Virus record (IMG/VR): IMGVR_UViG_3300032320_001552
Span: 1-38,715 of that record
Source: a virus
Lineage: Duplodnaviria; Caudoviricetes
Strand: one strand, 5' to 3'
Length of the DNA stretch: 38,715 nucleotides
Position 1 is the first letter of the stretch. The number at the start of each line of letters is the position of its first letter. Below the pieces are notes generated by a model that was given only the letters and a program-made list of their open reading frames with translations, made no database searches and was not told the DNA's origin. Below are positions 1-8,924 of this stretch, piece after piece. Position numbers and translations under genes: made by a program.

Positions 1-1368
1 AGTAGGACTGGGTACACACCATATACTCCTGCTCCAGCAAACACAAATCTTGCTGAAGCATTAACAACTGCACAAAATAATTTAACTACTGCACAGCAGA
101 CCTTGACTGCAGCACAGGCAGTTTTATCAGGTTTACAGTCAAACAAAAATGCATTGCAATCAGAAATAAATGAAGCACAGCAGGCTTTACAGGCAGCACA
201 AGCAAATTTAATAACAGCAGCAAATAATGTTTCTTATTGGCAAGCACAGGTTGGTACGGCTAAATCACAATTAGATTCAGCATTAATTCTTGTAGAGCAA
301 GCAGTTTCTGCTATGGGATCAGCAGTTAGTTCAGCAGACTCACTTGTAGATGCTACTCTTGCTGCAGAGGAATCAGTCAGACAAGCAGCAGCCAGAGCAG
401 AAGCAGAAAGACAAGCAGCAATAGCGGAAGCCAATGCTAGGGCTGCGGAAGCAGCAGCAGCACAAGCAGCAGCAGATGCAAAGGCTGCCGAAGAAGCAGC
501 AGCAAAAGCAGAAGCAGATAGAATTGCTGCAGAAGAAGCAGCAGCCCAGGCTCAAGCAGAGGCTGAAAAAGCAGAGGCTGATCGTATAGCAGCAGAAGAA
601 GAGGCTGCTAAAGCACAAGCAGAGGCAGAGGCTAAAGCCGAAGAAGAAGCCAAAGCAGAAGCAGAGAGATTAGAGGCAGAGGCAGAGGCTGCTAGACAGG
701 CAGAATTAGATGCGATTGCAGAAGCAGAAGCCAAAGAAGCAGAGGCAGAAGCAGCACGACAGGCAGAAGAAGATGCTAAAGCAGAGGCTGAAGCAAAAGA
801 AAAAGAATTAGAAGCAGCAAAGGCTGAAGAAGAAAAGGCACAAGCCGAAGAGGAAGAATTAAAAGAAATAATTGCGGAAGCAAAAGACGGTAAAGAATTA
901 ACAGAGGAACAAAAAGATATTGTAGTAACAGCATTGATCGAAGATCTTAAGCCAGGAGAATCAATTTCAGCAGCACAAGTGCAGTCATCTGGAATTTCAT
1001 ATGCAGATCTTCCACCAGAAACACCAATTGAAGTTCGTACAGATGAAAGTGGTAATCCACTTGTGATTACTGCTGAAGTAGCAGCAAATATTGAATTAGT
1101 TCAAGACCCAGGAGCGCTATTAGAAGCAGCCTTTACAGATCCAGGAGCAGCACTTGCAGCACTTGGGAGTATTGGTGCAGATATGACTGAAGAAGAAAGA
1201 GAAGAAGCAACAGACATGGTTGTGGCTACAGTTGTGGCAGCAGGAGCAGCAATTAATGCTGTTGGTGCAGCAACAAGTGGTGGATCAACTGGTGGTTCAG
1301 GTGGAGGAGGTTCTGGTGGAGGTTCAGGCAGCAATTCACCAGGTTCAAGAGGAGGAAGAAGATGGTAA
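1..1368 (+). CDS. Long Ala/Glu-rich coiled-coil protein, 5'-truncated, with C-terminal hydrophobic segment and Gly/Ser tail
   Basis: Frame +1 is open from base 1; AEAE/AKAE helical repeats; C-terminal VVATVVAAGAAINAVGAA. Confidence 0.8.
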   Translation, partial: SRTGYTPYTPAPANTNLAEALTTAQNNLTTAQQTLTAAQAVLSGLQSNKNALQSEINEAQQALQAAQANLITAANNVSYWQAQVGTAKSQLDSALILVEQAVSAMGSAVSSADSLVDATLAAEESVRQAAARAEAERQAAIAEANARAAEAAAAQAAADAKAAEEAAAKAEADRIAAEEAAAQAQAEAEKAEADRIAAEEEAAKAQAEAEAKAEEEAKAEAERLEAEAEAARQAELDAIAEAEAKEAEAEAARQAEEDAKAEAEAKEKELEAAKAEEEKAQAEEEELKEIIAEAKDGKELTEEQKDIVVTALIEDLKPGESISAAQVQSSGISYADLPPETPIEVRTDESGNPLVITAEVAANIELVQDPGALLEAAFTDPGAALAALGSIGADMTEEEREEATDMVVATVVAAGAAINAVGAATSGGSTGGSGGGGSGGGSGSNSPGSRGGRRW

Positions 1369-1541
1369 GAATACTAAAAAATATAATAAAAGATCTAATT
1401 GATCAGGCATGGACTCTTCTTGGAATGTTTATTGCCTGGGTTGTTTTGGACGGTAGTGCTAAGACTATAGTTGGCTATGGAATTGTAGCAACTACAGCGC
1501 TTTGGATTATAACTAGTCCATTTAGAAATAAGGAGGAATAG
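1362..1541 (+). CDS. Small membrane protein (59 aa, not in ORF track)
   Basis: MVRILKNIIKDLIDQAWTLLGMFIAWVVLDGS...; GGAGGA RBS upstream; overlaps previous stop; two hydrophobic segments. Confidence 0.75.
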   Translation: MVRILKNIIKDLIDQAWTLLGMFIAWVVLDGSAKTIVGYGIVATTALWIITSPFRNKEE

Positions 1542-1542
1542 C

Positions 1543-1770
1543 ATGAAAGAAAAGATTATGTATATTCTTGCTGCAGGAGTAATGTTAGCAATTGTTATTG
1601 CAATTGTTGGTGATTATGTAGTTGCAGGTATTGAAACAGTATCCACAGGTGAACCAGTAGAGGTTTCATCTGATGTAATGACACTAGTTCAAACAGCCCT
1701 AGGTGGCGTAATTGGAATTATTGGTGGGTACTTTGGCGCAAAAGGATCAAAGAAAGGAGATGACGAATGA
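1543..1770 (+). CDS. Small 2-TM membrane protein
   Basis: AGGAGG RBS; two hydrophobic helices; GxxxG motifs. Confidence 0.75.
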   Translation: MKEKIMYILAAGVMLAIVIAIVGDYVVAGIETVSTGEPVEVSSDVMTLVQTALGGVIGIIGGYFGAKGSKKGDDE

Positions 1771-2066
1771 ATAGCATAACAAATATTTGGAATATTCTCA
1801 TGCGTATTGTTGCAGTATTTGCAGCAAATGCATTAGCAGTAATTGGTGCTGGCGCAATCGCAGGTATTTCGGTAGCAAAGGCTATGACAGTTGCAGGCCT
1901 TAGCGCAGTAGCAGTTGTTGTTGAGAAGTTGGCTCGTGCATTTATGGATGACGGCAAACTTACAAGAGATGAAATTAACGCAGCATTTTCTACTACAGAT
2001 AAAAATGCAGTAACTGTGCAAGATGCAGCAGTTGAATCACGCAGAAAAAGATCAAAGACAGCATAA
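1767..2066 (+). CDS. Membrane protein, holin-like
   Basis: ATGA overlap; two TM segments, DDGKLTRDEI and a basic tail. Confidence 0.6.
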   Translation: MNSITNIWNILMRIVAVFAANALAVIGAGAIAGISVAKAMTVAGLSAVAVVVEKLARAFMDDGKLTRDEINAAFSTTDKNAVTVQDAAVESRRKRSKTA

Positions 2067-2086
2067 TTAAACATCTTTGATTATGT

Positions 2087-2115
2087 TTGACAGCCCCTTC
2101 CAGGGATGGTATACT
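2087..2115 (+). promoter_or_regulatory. SigA-type promoter TTGACA-N17-TATACT
   Basis: ttgacagccccttccagggatggtatact directly upstream of 2146. Confidence 0.75.
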
Positions 2116-2145
2116 TAAATATATCTATTTGGGAGGGGTTTCTGC

Positions 2146-2676
2146 ATGACTTGCATTGCAGTAGTTCGTGATGAAGTAAACAATAAAGTTTTTATGGCAG
2201 GTGATCGTGGTGCATCAGATGATGGCACTATTCTAGCACTAGAAGCCCCAAAAGTTTGGAAGATTGGCCCATACCTGATTGGTTATGCTGGTGCAATGGA
2301 CGGGGAAAGAATTAGATATAACTTTCATCCATCAGCACCAAACATTAAAGACACAGATAAGTTTATGCAAACAAAGTTTGTTAAAGAACTTAGAGACTTC
2401 TATAATGATTTTTGGGTAGATACATCTAAAGATGGAGACCTAGGTTTAATAATTTGTATCCGTGGACAAATCTATGAACATAGTTCTGCAGATATGTCTT
2501 TATCTAAGTACACACTTCCATATCTTGCAATGGGTTCTGGTGCAGAGTATGCTTATGGGGTTTTATATGCAACAGATAAACAAAAGAATGCAAGGAATCG
2601 TGTAGTTTCTGCAGTAAATGCAGCAATTAAATTTAGCCCATCATGCATGGGACCAGTTGACGTAGTAAGTGCTTAG
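2146..2676 (+). CDS. Ntn-hydrolase / HslV-proteasome beta-subunit-like peptidase
   Basis: N-terminal M-T-C-I-A (Thr nucleophile position), MAGDR, K..K.G..LIGYAG, AMGSG, SP..MGP motifs. Confidence 0.75.
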   Translation: MTCIAVVRDEVNNKVFMAGDRGASDDGTILALEAPKVWKIGPYLIGYAGAMDGERIRYNFHPSAPNIKDTDKFMQTKFVKELRDFYNDFWVDTSKDGDLGLIICIRGQIYEHSSADMSLSKYTLPYLAMGSGAEYAYGVLYATDKQKNARNRVVSAVNAAIKFSPSCMGPVDVVSA

Positions 2677-2691
2677 GGGTATACTTATAAT

Positions 2692-2880
2692 ATGACTGAA
2701 GAAAACAATATGGAAGATCAAGAGTTCAGCATCTGGCTAAGCAATGGAATTGAGCGAGGATGGATTACAGAGCCATTCTGTAGTACACATGATGGTGATC
2801 CGTACATGACTGAAGAAGAGTCTCAGGAATGGGAAGATGGTGGAGATCCATGTATGTTTGTAGTTAAGTTTATCGAATAA
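2692..2880 (+). CDS. Small hypothetical protein (CxxHDG...GGDPC)
   Basis: ORF track; -10 element just upstream. Confidence 0.7.
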   Translation: MTEENNMEDQEFSIWLSNGIERGWITEPFCSTHDGDPYMTEEESQEWEDGGDPCMFVVKFIE

Positions 2881-2885
2881 ACTAT

Positions 2886-2958
2886 TGGGCTGTAACTCAG
2901 TTGGTAGAGTGGCGAACTGTTAATTCGCAAGTCGTAGGATCGAGGCCTACCAGCCCAG
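2886..2958 (+). tRNA. tRNA-Asn(GTT)
   Basis: Acceptor TGGGCTG/CAGCCCA, anticodon arm GCGAA-CTGTTAA-TTCGC, T arm GTAGG/CCTAC. Confidence 0.9.
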
Positions 2959-2962
2959 CAAA

Positions 2963-3036
2963 GCGGATGTTGCATATTGGTAGTGCCTCTGCCTTCCAAG
3001 CAGAAGGGGTGAGTTCGATTCTCATCATCCGCTCCA
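2963..3036 (+). tRNA. tRNA-Gly(TCC), CCA encoded
   Basis: GCGGATG/CATCCGC, TCTGC-CTTCCAA-GCAGA, GTTCGATTC. Confidence 0.95.
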
Positions 3037-3037
3037 T

Positions 3038-3108
3038 TTCTCACTCGTCCAACGGCAGGACATCGCCCTTTGGAGGCGAGAATCGTGGTTCGAATCCATG
3101 GTGAGAAG
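3038..3108 (+). tRNA. tRNA-Gln(TTG)
   Basis: TTCTCAC/GTGAGAA, TCGCC-CTTTGGA-GGCGA, GGTTCGAATCC. Confidence 0.93.
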
Positions 3109-3177
3109 CACATGATATAATAGTATTGTATTGCCTTCGGGGATACATTTAACTTATTCGCTTGAAAGGGGAATAAC

Positions 3178-3603
3178 ATGATGAACGATCCATGGGCCAT
3201 TTTTAATGACCCTTTTTTTATTGGGTTTAATAGAAACCTAACACAGTTAAATAATGTATATAAAACAAATAGCCAATCATACCCTCCATATGATCTTCTT
3301 AAACTAGATGAAGATACATATAGACTGTCTATTGCAGTTGCTGGATTTACCAAAGATGATATTTCGGTAACAGTAGATAACGGCAGTTTGATTATCAAGG
3401 GTGAGATTACAGAGGTTGTAGATGCTGAAGTTGTTCATAAGGGAATTGCTAGTAGAAAATTTACTAGAACTTTTGCTCTTGGAGAATACATGGAGGTAAC
3501 TGGTGCAGATCTCAAGGATGGCATGCTACATATTAATGTAGATCGCATTATCCCTGAAGATAAAAAGCCAAAATCTATTGATATCAAAGTTGCTAAAAAG
3601 TAA
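3178..3603 (+). CDS. hsp20: Small heat-shock protein (Hsp20/IbpA family)
   Basis: SYPPYD, IAVAGF, HKGIASRKFTRTF.L, A.LKDGML.I alpha-crystallin motifs. Confidence 0.95.
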   Translation: MMNDPWAIFNDPFFIGFNRNLTQLNNVYKTNSQSYPPYDLLKLDEDTYRLSIAVAGFTKDDISVTVDNGSLIIKGEITEVVDAEVVHKGIASRKFTRTFALGEYMEVTGADLKDGMLHINVDRIIPEDKKPKSIDIKVAKK

Positions 3604-3627
3604 TAAGTAGTATATAATAGTAATAGT

Positions 3628-3655
3628 TGCTCCTGAGCAAGAGTTAAAACTGCTC
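3628..3655 (+). ncRNA. CUGAG pseudoknot element, copy 1
   Basis: gctc-CTGAGCAA-gagt-tAAAACTGCTC; begins about 10 nt after a TATAAT. Confidence 0.65.
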
Positions 3656-3672
3656 TATTAAAAAGGGGATGT

Positions 3673-4260
3673 ATGAATATATCTATTGATGAAGCAAAAG
3701 CATTAATTAAAGAGGCAAGAGATAATAATACTGTTGCTGTAGTTAGAGGTCTTTTTGATAATACCCCACAGTGGGAAGATTTTATAGGAATGCTTGATTT
3801 TAAGTATAACTCTATAGAACAACAAAACCAAACACAAGAACCACATAATAGGTTTATTACAAAAAATAGCAAGATTATTGATATCCTTGTCTTTAATGAT
3901 TTAGATATGCATGTTTTCCATGTAGTAGACTATAAGCCAAACTTGTATAAGAATATTATTCCTTGGCTTAAAGAGGTTTTTGAAATTCACCATCTTGGAA
4001 CTAAAGCATTAATTAATTTTGTTGGTAATGAAGGCGATTACGGTATTCATTCTGACGAACATGACGTAGTTTTATGGGGATGTGCTGGATCTGTAGACTG
4101 GAATATCTATGACGATAAAAACAATATCAATAGTTATGTAACATACACAATCAATCCTGGAGACATTTTATTTTGTCCAAAAGGAGTTACTCATCAAGCA
4201 ATAGTAACAAAACCTAGAGCATCAATGGTGTTTGCATTTAATTTTCCAGACACCAAATAG
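3673..4260 (+). CDS. JmjC/cupin-like Fe(II) oxygenase
   Basis: HSD...V....G...W, PGDILFCPKG.TH.A metal-binding pattern. Confidence 0.8.
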   Translation: MNISIDEAKALIKEARDNNTVAVVRGLFDNTPQWEDFIGMLDFKYNSIEQQNQTQEPHNRFITKNSKIIDILVFNDLDMHVFHVVDYKPNLYKNIIPWLKEVFEIHHLGTKALINFVGNEGDYGIHSDEHDVVLWGCAGSVDWNIYDDKNNINSYVTYTINPGDILFCPKGVTHQAIVTKPRASMVFAFNFPDTK

Positions 4261-4301
4261 TACAAAATGATATAATTAATTATAACCAAACAGGAGGAAA
4301 C

Positions 4302-5105
4302 ATGGCAACAAAAGGAAGTTTAGAAGCAATCATAGAGGTTGCAAAAGCAGAAGTAGGCACAATTGAGGGGCCTAAAGATAATGAGACAAAGTATGGAAAG
4401 TGGAGTGGTGCAAACTTTCTTCCATGGTGCCAGTCATTTGTGTCTTGGTCAGCATTTACATCTGGATTAGATTCAAAGAAATATCCAAAGACTGCTTCAA
4501 CAGTTGCAGCAGCAGACTGGTTTAAGAAGAATAATCGTTGGGCAGATGCTCGTAATGATGATCCAACTCCAGGAGACTGGATTTATTTTGATTTCCCAGA
4601 TGATGGGGTAAATCGTATTTCACATGTTGGTATTTGCATTAAGAACAATGGTGATGGAACAATCCAAGTTATTGAAGGAAACACTTCAGGAACTGCTAAG
4701 GGAGATCAGCGCAATGGTGGAATGTGCGTAGAAAAGACTCGTGCATATGTAAAGAATAACAAACCTAAGTTGATGAATGCAATTGTAGGTTGGGGTCGAC
4801 CAGTATATGCTGGAGAAGAAAACTTACCACTTCTTTCTAAGGTTGGATCTTCAGATGCACCAGTAAAGTCTTCAGCACCTGCTGCAAAGCCAGCAATACC
4901 TGCTGCAAAAAAAGAGTTTAAGCCTTTTAAGGTAGGTGCTAAAGGTTCATCTGTAAAGAAGATTCAAGAGGCACTTGGTCTTAATGCTGATGGAGATTTT
5001 GGTCCAGGGACAGATAAGGCTGTCAAGGATTTTCAAAAGAAGAATAAGTTAACCGTTAATGGTATTGTTGATCTAGCAACTTATAAGAAGATCTTGGGGT
5101 CTTAA
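4302..5105 (+). CDS. Endolysin: CHAP amidase/peptidase plus C-terminal peptidoglycan-binding domain
   Basis: PWCQSFVSW, PGD..YFD, SHVGI, IEGNT; VKKIQEALG..ADG.FGP.T..AVK.FQ. Confidence 0.92.
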   Translation: MATKGSLEAIIEVAKAEVGTIEGPKDNETKYGKWSGANFLPWCQSFVSWSAFTSGLDSKKYPKTASTVAAADWFKKNNRWADARNDDPTPGDWIYFDFPDDGVNRISHVGICIKNNGDGTIQVIEGNTSGTAKGDQRNGGMCVEKTRAYVKNNKPKLMNAIVGWGRPVYAGEENLPLLSKVGSSDAPVKSSAPAAKPAIPAAKKEFKPFKVGAKGSSVKKIQEALGLNADGDFGPGTDKAVKDFQKKNKLTVNGIVDLATYKKILGS

Positions 5106-5106
5106 T

Positions 5107-5307
5107 ATGGAATCAACTAAGAGAACTCTTTTAAAAACATTAAGTTGGGAAACATTTCATCTTGTGGGTGTTGCTGGAGTAATCTATTTATTCACTGGAG
5201 AATGGGAATATGCTAGTCTTGGTGCTTTGCTTTATATTGCTTGGGAAGCACTTGGATATTTTCTTCATGAAAGAGTCTGGGCAAAGTTTGGAAACAAGGT
5301 TAAGTAA
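5107..5307 (+). CDS. DUF2061-like small membrane protein
   Basis: ES.KR.L.KT.SW...Y.LHERVW pattern. Confidence 0.7.
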   Translation: MESTKRTLLKTLSWETFHLVGVAGVIYLFTGEWEYASLGALLYIAWEALGYFLHERVWAKFGNKVK

Positions 5308-5492
5308 TGCCTCTTTATGAATATGATTGCATGAGATGTGCAATTAGATTAACAAAAGAAAGATCTATTAGTGAATCAGATCCAGGATACCAATGTGAGA
5401 TTTGCAATTCTAGTTTAGTTCGTGTATACTCTAATGTAGGAGCAGTTTTTAACGGTAGTGGCTTTTATAGCACAGACAATAGAAAGCGGTAG
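5307..5492 (+). CDS. FmdB-family zinc-ribbon protein
   Basis: MPLYEYDCxxC...CxxC...F.GSGFY.TD. Confidence 0.88.
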   Translation: MPLYEYDCMRCAIRLTKERSISESDPGYQCEICNSSLVRVYSNVGAVFNGSGFYSTDNRKR

Positions 5493-5498
5493 TATACT

Positions 5499-5756
5499 TT
5501 GAACATGGTAGAAGATAAAGATCTATTCACTAAAGAATGGATTCTTGGTCCACAGGACAGATGCGATTCATGCAGTGCTGAAGCGCTAGTTAAGGTTACT
5601 GGACTAAATGGAGACTTGTTATTTTGTGGTCATCACTACAACAAAATCATGGATAATGCTGTTGGATATGACAAAATGATGAAGTTTGCAATCACTTTTG
5701 TTGATGAAAGAGATAAACTAATCCAAAACAAATTAAAGGATGAAGACTATGTATGA
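5499..5756 (+). CDS. Actinobacterial-type small zinc-binding protein
   Basis: DRCDSC.A.A...LLFCGHH motif. Confidence 0.7.
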   Translation: MNMVEDKDLFTKEWILGPQDRCDSCSAEALVKVTGLNGDLLFCGHHYNKIMDNAVGYDKMMKFAITFVDERDKLIQNKLKDEDYV

Positions 5757-6156
5757 GTATTATGTTCGCAAAGTAGAGAACGTAGTAGATGGAGATACCA
5801 TTGATGTTCTTATTGACTTGGGATTTGATATCCTATTTGCATCTCGTGTAAGACTGGCTGGTATTGATACCCCTGAGTCTCGCACAAAAGATATTGCTGA
5901 GAAGGCTCTTGGTTTAGAAGCCAAAGAATATCTTAAGAAGTCTTTAAAGGATGCTAAGTCTGTTGTTATTAAGACTGAGAAGATGGACTCATCTGAAAAA
6001 TATGGTCGCATTTTAGGCTGGGTATATATTAATGAAGACACAGTATCTCTTAACGATATGATGATTAATGATGGATATGCTTGGGGATACCTAGGAGACA
6101 CTAAGGTTAAAGACTTTGATGCTCTTGCTAAGGCCAGAAAGAAGTCTGGCAAGTGA
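5749..6156 (+). CDS. Thermonuclease (SNase-like)
   Basis: VVDGDTI, RVRLAGIDTPE, KYGRILG, N..MI..GYA. Confidence 0.93.
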   Translation: MYEYYVRKVENVVDGDTIDVLIDLGFDILFASRVRLAGIDTPESRTKDIAEKALGLEAKEYLKKSLKDAKSVVIKTEKMDSSEKYGRILGWVYINEDTVSLNDMMINDGYAWGYLGDTKVKDFDALAKARKKSGK

Positions 6157-6413
6157 AGCATGTTCTATACTTCACAGCAGATTGGTGCAATCCTTGTAAA
6201 AAAGTTAAACCAATAGTTGAAGAGTTAAACAAAGAACAAATTATTGCTAGATTTTTTATTATAGATGTTGACGAAGAGTTGGAGATGGCTTCTGATTTTG
6301 AAGTCAGATCAATTCCAACTTTTGTTTTAATTAAAGATAATCAAGAGATAGCCAGAACTACTGGTGCTAAAACTAAAGAACAGTTATTGGAGTTTATAAG
6401 CAATGAATCATGA
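6153..6413 (+). CDS. trxA: Thioredoxin
   Basis: FTADWCNPCK, IDVD, VRSIPTF. Confidence 0.92.
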   Translation: MKHVLYFTADWCNPCKKVKPIVEELNKEQIIARFFIIDVDEELEMASDFEVRSIPTFVLIKDNQEIARTTGAKTKEQLLEFISNES

Positions 6414-6735
6414 AGATGAAGTTATATCAAAACTAATCCTAGATGGTGCTCTGGAGATATCTTATATAGATAAGGAAACTGGAGAGTTTTTATACTCATT
6501 TACCCCTAAATTAAAGACGGTAATGCCAGAACTGTATGAAGAGCATCTGAATAAAGTCAATAGCGAGGTTATGAAACTTTGGGAAAAGGGGTTTTTGGAC
6601 ATAGACTTTTTCTCAAAGGATCCAGTTATAACCCTTACAAATAAGGCTTTTAATGAAGATGATATCAAGTCTTTAGATAAAGATACAAAAATGTCATTAC
6701 GGGAAATTAAAAGGGTTATTAGTCGCAAACTCTGA
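6403..6735 (+). CDS. Hypothetical protein
   Basis: ORF track; overlaps the upstream gene. Confidence 0.75.
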   Translation: MNHEDEVISKLILDGALEISYIDKETGEFLYSFTPKLKTVMPELYEEHLNKVNSEVMKLWEKGFLDIDFFSKDPVITLTNKAFNEDDIKSLDKDTKMSLREIKRVISRKL

Positions 6736-6768
6736 TATAATCAGTGTATAGACTTTAGGAGGTTTGTC

Positions 6769-7287
6769 ATGCCATATCATGTTGGAGCAAAAGGTTCTTA
6801 CGGCTGTTCAGGATACCCTGCAGTAAAAGAGGGTGGAGAAGTAATGGGATGCCACAAGACAAGAGCAGCGGCTGCTGCACAAATTTACGCAATTAATCAA
6901 AGTGAAGGAAAAATTGGTAAGGCTGCAACAATGCTTTCCGAAGGTGACTATGCAATGACACAGCATGGTGGTGAAGGAGACTTTCACATTGGCCAAGTTG
7001 TTCACGTAATGACAGAAGGTGCTTTAGGAAATCCAGAAACTGAATATTATATGGAAGCAACTCCAGAAAATCCAGCAGTTATGATTCAATTATTTGAACA
7101 AGAAGAAGATGGATATTGGGAAGCAACAAGACTTTATACTGCATGTGCAATGTCACTTTATGTAAAGATTGATCCACTTCAGACTGAACCAGAGATGAAT
7201 TCAGAAATGGGAATGGCAATGTATGATGCACAAATAGGAAAATCAAATACTTTTTGGTCTGGCTCAGGATTTGGATTTACAAAATAA
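6769..7287 (+). CDS. Hypothetical phage protein (GCH.T...A..Q..A motif)
   Basis: AGGAGG RBS; TATAAT upstream. Confidence 0.75.
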   Translation: MPYHVGAKGSYGCSGYPAVKEGGEVMGCHKTRAAAAAQIYAINQSEGKIGKAATMLSEGDYAMTQHGGEGDFHIGQVVHVMTEGALGNPETEYYMEATPENPAVMIQLFEQEEDGYWEATRLYTACAMSLYVKIDPLQTEPEMNSEMGMAMYDAQIGKSNTFWSGSGFGFTK

Positions 7288-7436
7288 TGCCAAAGAAAAA
7301 ATCAGGATCTTTTAATGATACACAAATTAAAGATGGATGGATTGTTAAAGTAAGAAAAGATGGACGAATAAAGTCAAGGGTAGAACCTTATATTAATAAA
7401 ACGAATGGGGTAAAAAATGGACGAACTACTGTATGA
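7287..7436 (+). CDS. Small basic protein
   Basis: TAATG coupling; MPKKKSGSFNDTQIKDGWIV... Confidence 0.6.
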   Translation: MPKKKSGSFNDTQIKDGWIVKVRKDGRIKSRVEPYINKTNGVKNGRTTV

Positions 7437-7659
7437 AGATCTAACCCAAATGGTTGATTTTTACAAAACAAGAGCACAGAATGCTGAGCATAAACTTGTA
7501 GAGGCACAACTACTTATGCACAGAATGAGAGCAGAAGTGCAAAATTTTGATGGTAAGGCAAAAGACTTACGTGATCATATTACATCTCTGGAGAACCAGA
7601 TTTCTCTTGCAAAGGTTGTAGATAAGACAAAGCCAAAGAAAACAACAGATACAAAATAA
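7417..7659 (+). CDS. Coiled-coil hypothetical protein
   Basis: ORF track. Confidence 0.7.
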   Translation: MDELLYEDLTQMVDFYKTRAQNAEHKLVEAQLLMHRMRAEVQNFDGKAKDLRDHITSLENQISLAKVVDKTKPKKTTDTK

Positions 7660-7671
7660 CAGGAGTATCTT

Positions 7672-8091
7672 ATGGAGTTTGTTGCTTTATCACTATTGAC
7701 AATAGTTCCAGTTTCCTGTATAATTATATTAAAGATCAAAAATAGACAAAAGAAACTTTCTCATACTGTATATAGACAAACAGATATACATAAAATGTTA
7801 AAGACATTCTTTGAGATTAGTATTTTTGATAAAAATAATAAAATATCGCAGTTGACAAAACACAAAAAAAGGGATACTATTAGAGTAGTAATTCTTGGTA
7901 ACAAAGCGTATTGGGTATCTGATAATATCTTTTACATAGCGAATGCGGTGAATGGAAAAGTTCTTCCTGAAACCTCTAAGCCAGTTGATATTGAGAATAT
8001 GCCTAAACAAGAGTTAGACAAAATGTTATCCATATTGGATACATTAAGGGATGGGGAAACCGATGATAGTAGCAGTTCAAGGGACGAGTAA
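7672..8091 (+). CDS. Hypothetical protein with N-terminal TM anchor
   Basis: AGGAG RBS; hydrophobic N-terminus. Confidence 0.7.
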   Translation: MEFVALSLLTIVPVSCIIILKIKNRQKKLSHTVYRQTDIHKMLKTFFEISIFDKNNKISQLTKHKKRDTIRVVILGNKAYWVSDNIFYIANAVNGKVLPETSKPVDIENMPKQELDKMLSILDTLRDGETDDSSSSRDE

Positions 8092-8413
8092 CTTCTCTGA
8101 CTACAGTGTATTTATTCGTGCTATGGGTGTTGCACTTTCGGGAATGGGCGAAGAAGATAATAAGTTTTTAATTTATTCCGCTGGTCCAGCAAGAGTTAAT
8201 TCCTTTGTATTAGAGTTTTCAAATATTTCTGAAAAGGGAATGAAGTCAAGAAATCGTAAAATTAAATCATATAAGATTCCACCTTCATGGATTGAAGATA
8301 ACATGGAATCAATTGACTACTTTGCCTTCTTAAGTAATCCTGGGGAGCCAGTATCAAAACTTGTTTCAAAAGCAGAACTAAACAATGTTGAAGTTGGAAT
8401 TTTTCGTTACTAG
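8063..8413 (+). CDS. SLOG/YspA-like (DUF2493-like) protein
   Basis: MIVAVQGTSNF.DY resembles the I.V.G.R.F.DY SLOG start; family call tentative. Confidence 0.5.
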   Translation: MIVAVQGTSNFSDYSVFIRAMGVALSGMGEEDNKFLIYSAGPARVNSFVLEFSNISEKGMKSRNRKIKSYKIPPSWIEDNMESIDYFAFLSNPGEPVSKLVSKAELNNVEVGIFRY

Positions 8414-8427
8414 TAGAAAGAAATAAA

Positions 8428-8637
8428 ATGATTATAGATAATTTAGATAAAATGGAAAAGATTGTTTCATCCAACAAGTCCTTATCTTGGATTGGTTGGG
8501 ATGTTGTAGAACGCTATAAGAGTGATATGGCAAAGACTTCTACAAATGGTGTTAGAGTTAACGGAACCTGGTACATCCAACGTGTATTTAAGGTAGATCG
8601 CCGTGGCTGGGATATTCCTAATAAATATAAGGGATAG
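8428..8637 (+). CDS. Hypothetical protein
   Basis: ORF track; RBS present. Confidence 0.7.
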   Translation: MIIDNLDKMEKIVSSNKSLSWIGWDVVERYKSDMAKTSTNGVRVNGTWYIQRVFKVDRRGWDIPNKYKG

Positions 8638-8639
8638 AT

Positions 8640-8924
8640 ATGACTAAGCATAACTGGAAAGATGATGCTCAATGTCTAAACCTAGATACAAACTTATTTT
8701 TTGATAAATATGAAGATGAAGTAGATATTAGAAAAAAAATAGATTCCGTATGTAGATCTTGCGTTGTAAGTAAAAAATGTTTTGCTGTTGGTGTATCTGC
8801 CAAAGAGTGGGGTGTTTGGGGTGGGGTATACTTAGAGAATGGAGATATTTCTAGAGAGTTTAACAATCATAAAACTAAAAAGGATTGGGCTGAAAGTTGG
8901 CAATCGTTAACTATGGAGAAATAA
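8640..8924 (+). CDS. whiB: WhiB-family Fe-S transcription factor
   Basis: W...AQC.....LFF...CxxC-x5-C and GVWGG turn. Confidence 0.92.
   Translation: MTKHNWKDDAQCLNLDTNLFFDKYEDEVDIRKKIDSVCRSCVVSKKCFAVGVSAKEWGVWGGVYLENGDISREFNNHKTKKDWAESWQSLTMEK

Noticed and set aside
234-1334. Minus-strand Ser/Ala/Cys-rich ORFs and GCA/GAA repeats
   Set aside because: Antisense shadows of the low-complexity Ala/Glu coding sequence, not independent genes or DNA repeats.
2823-3398. ORFs 2823-3398 (-) and 2901-3104 (+)
   Set aside because: They overlie three clear tRNAs and hsp20; shadow frames.
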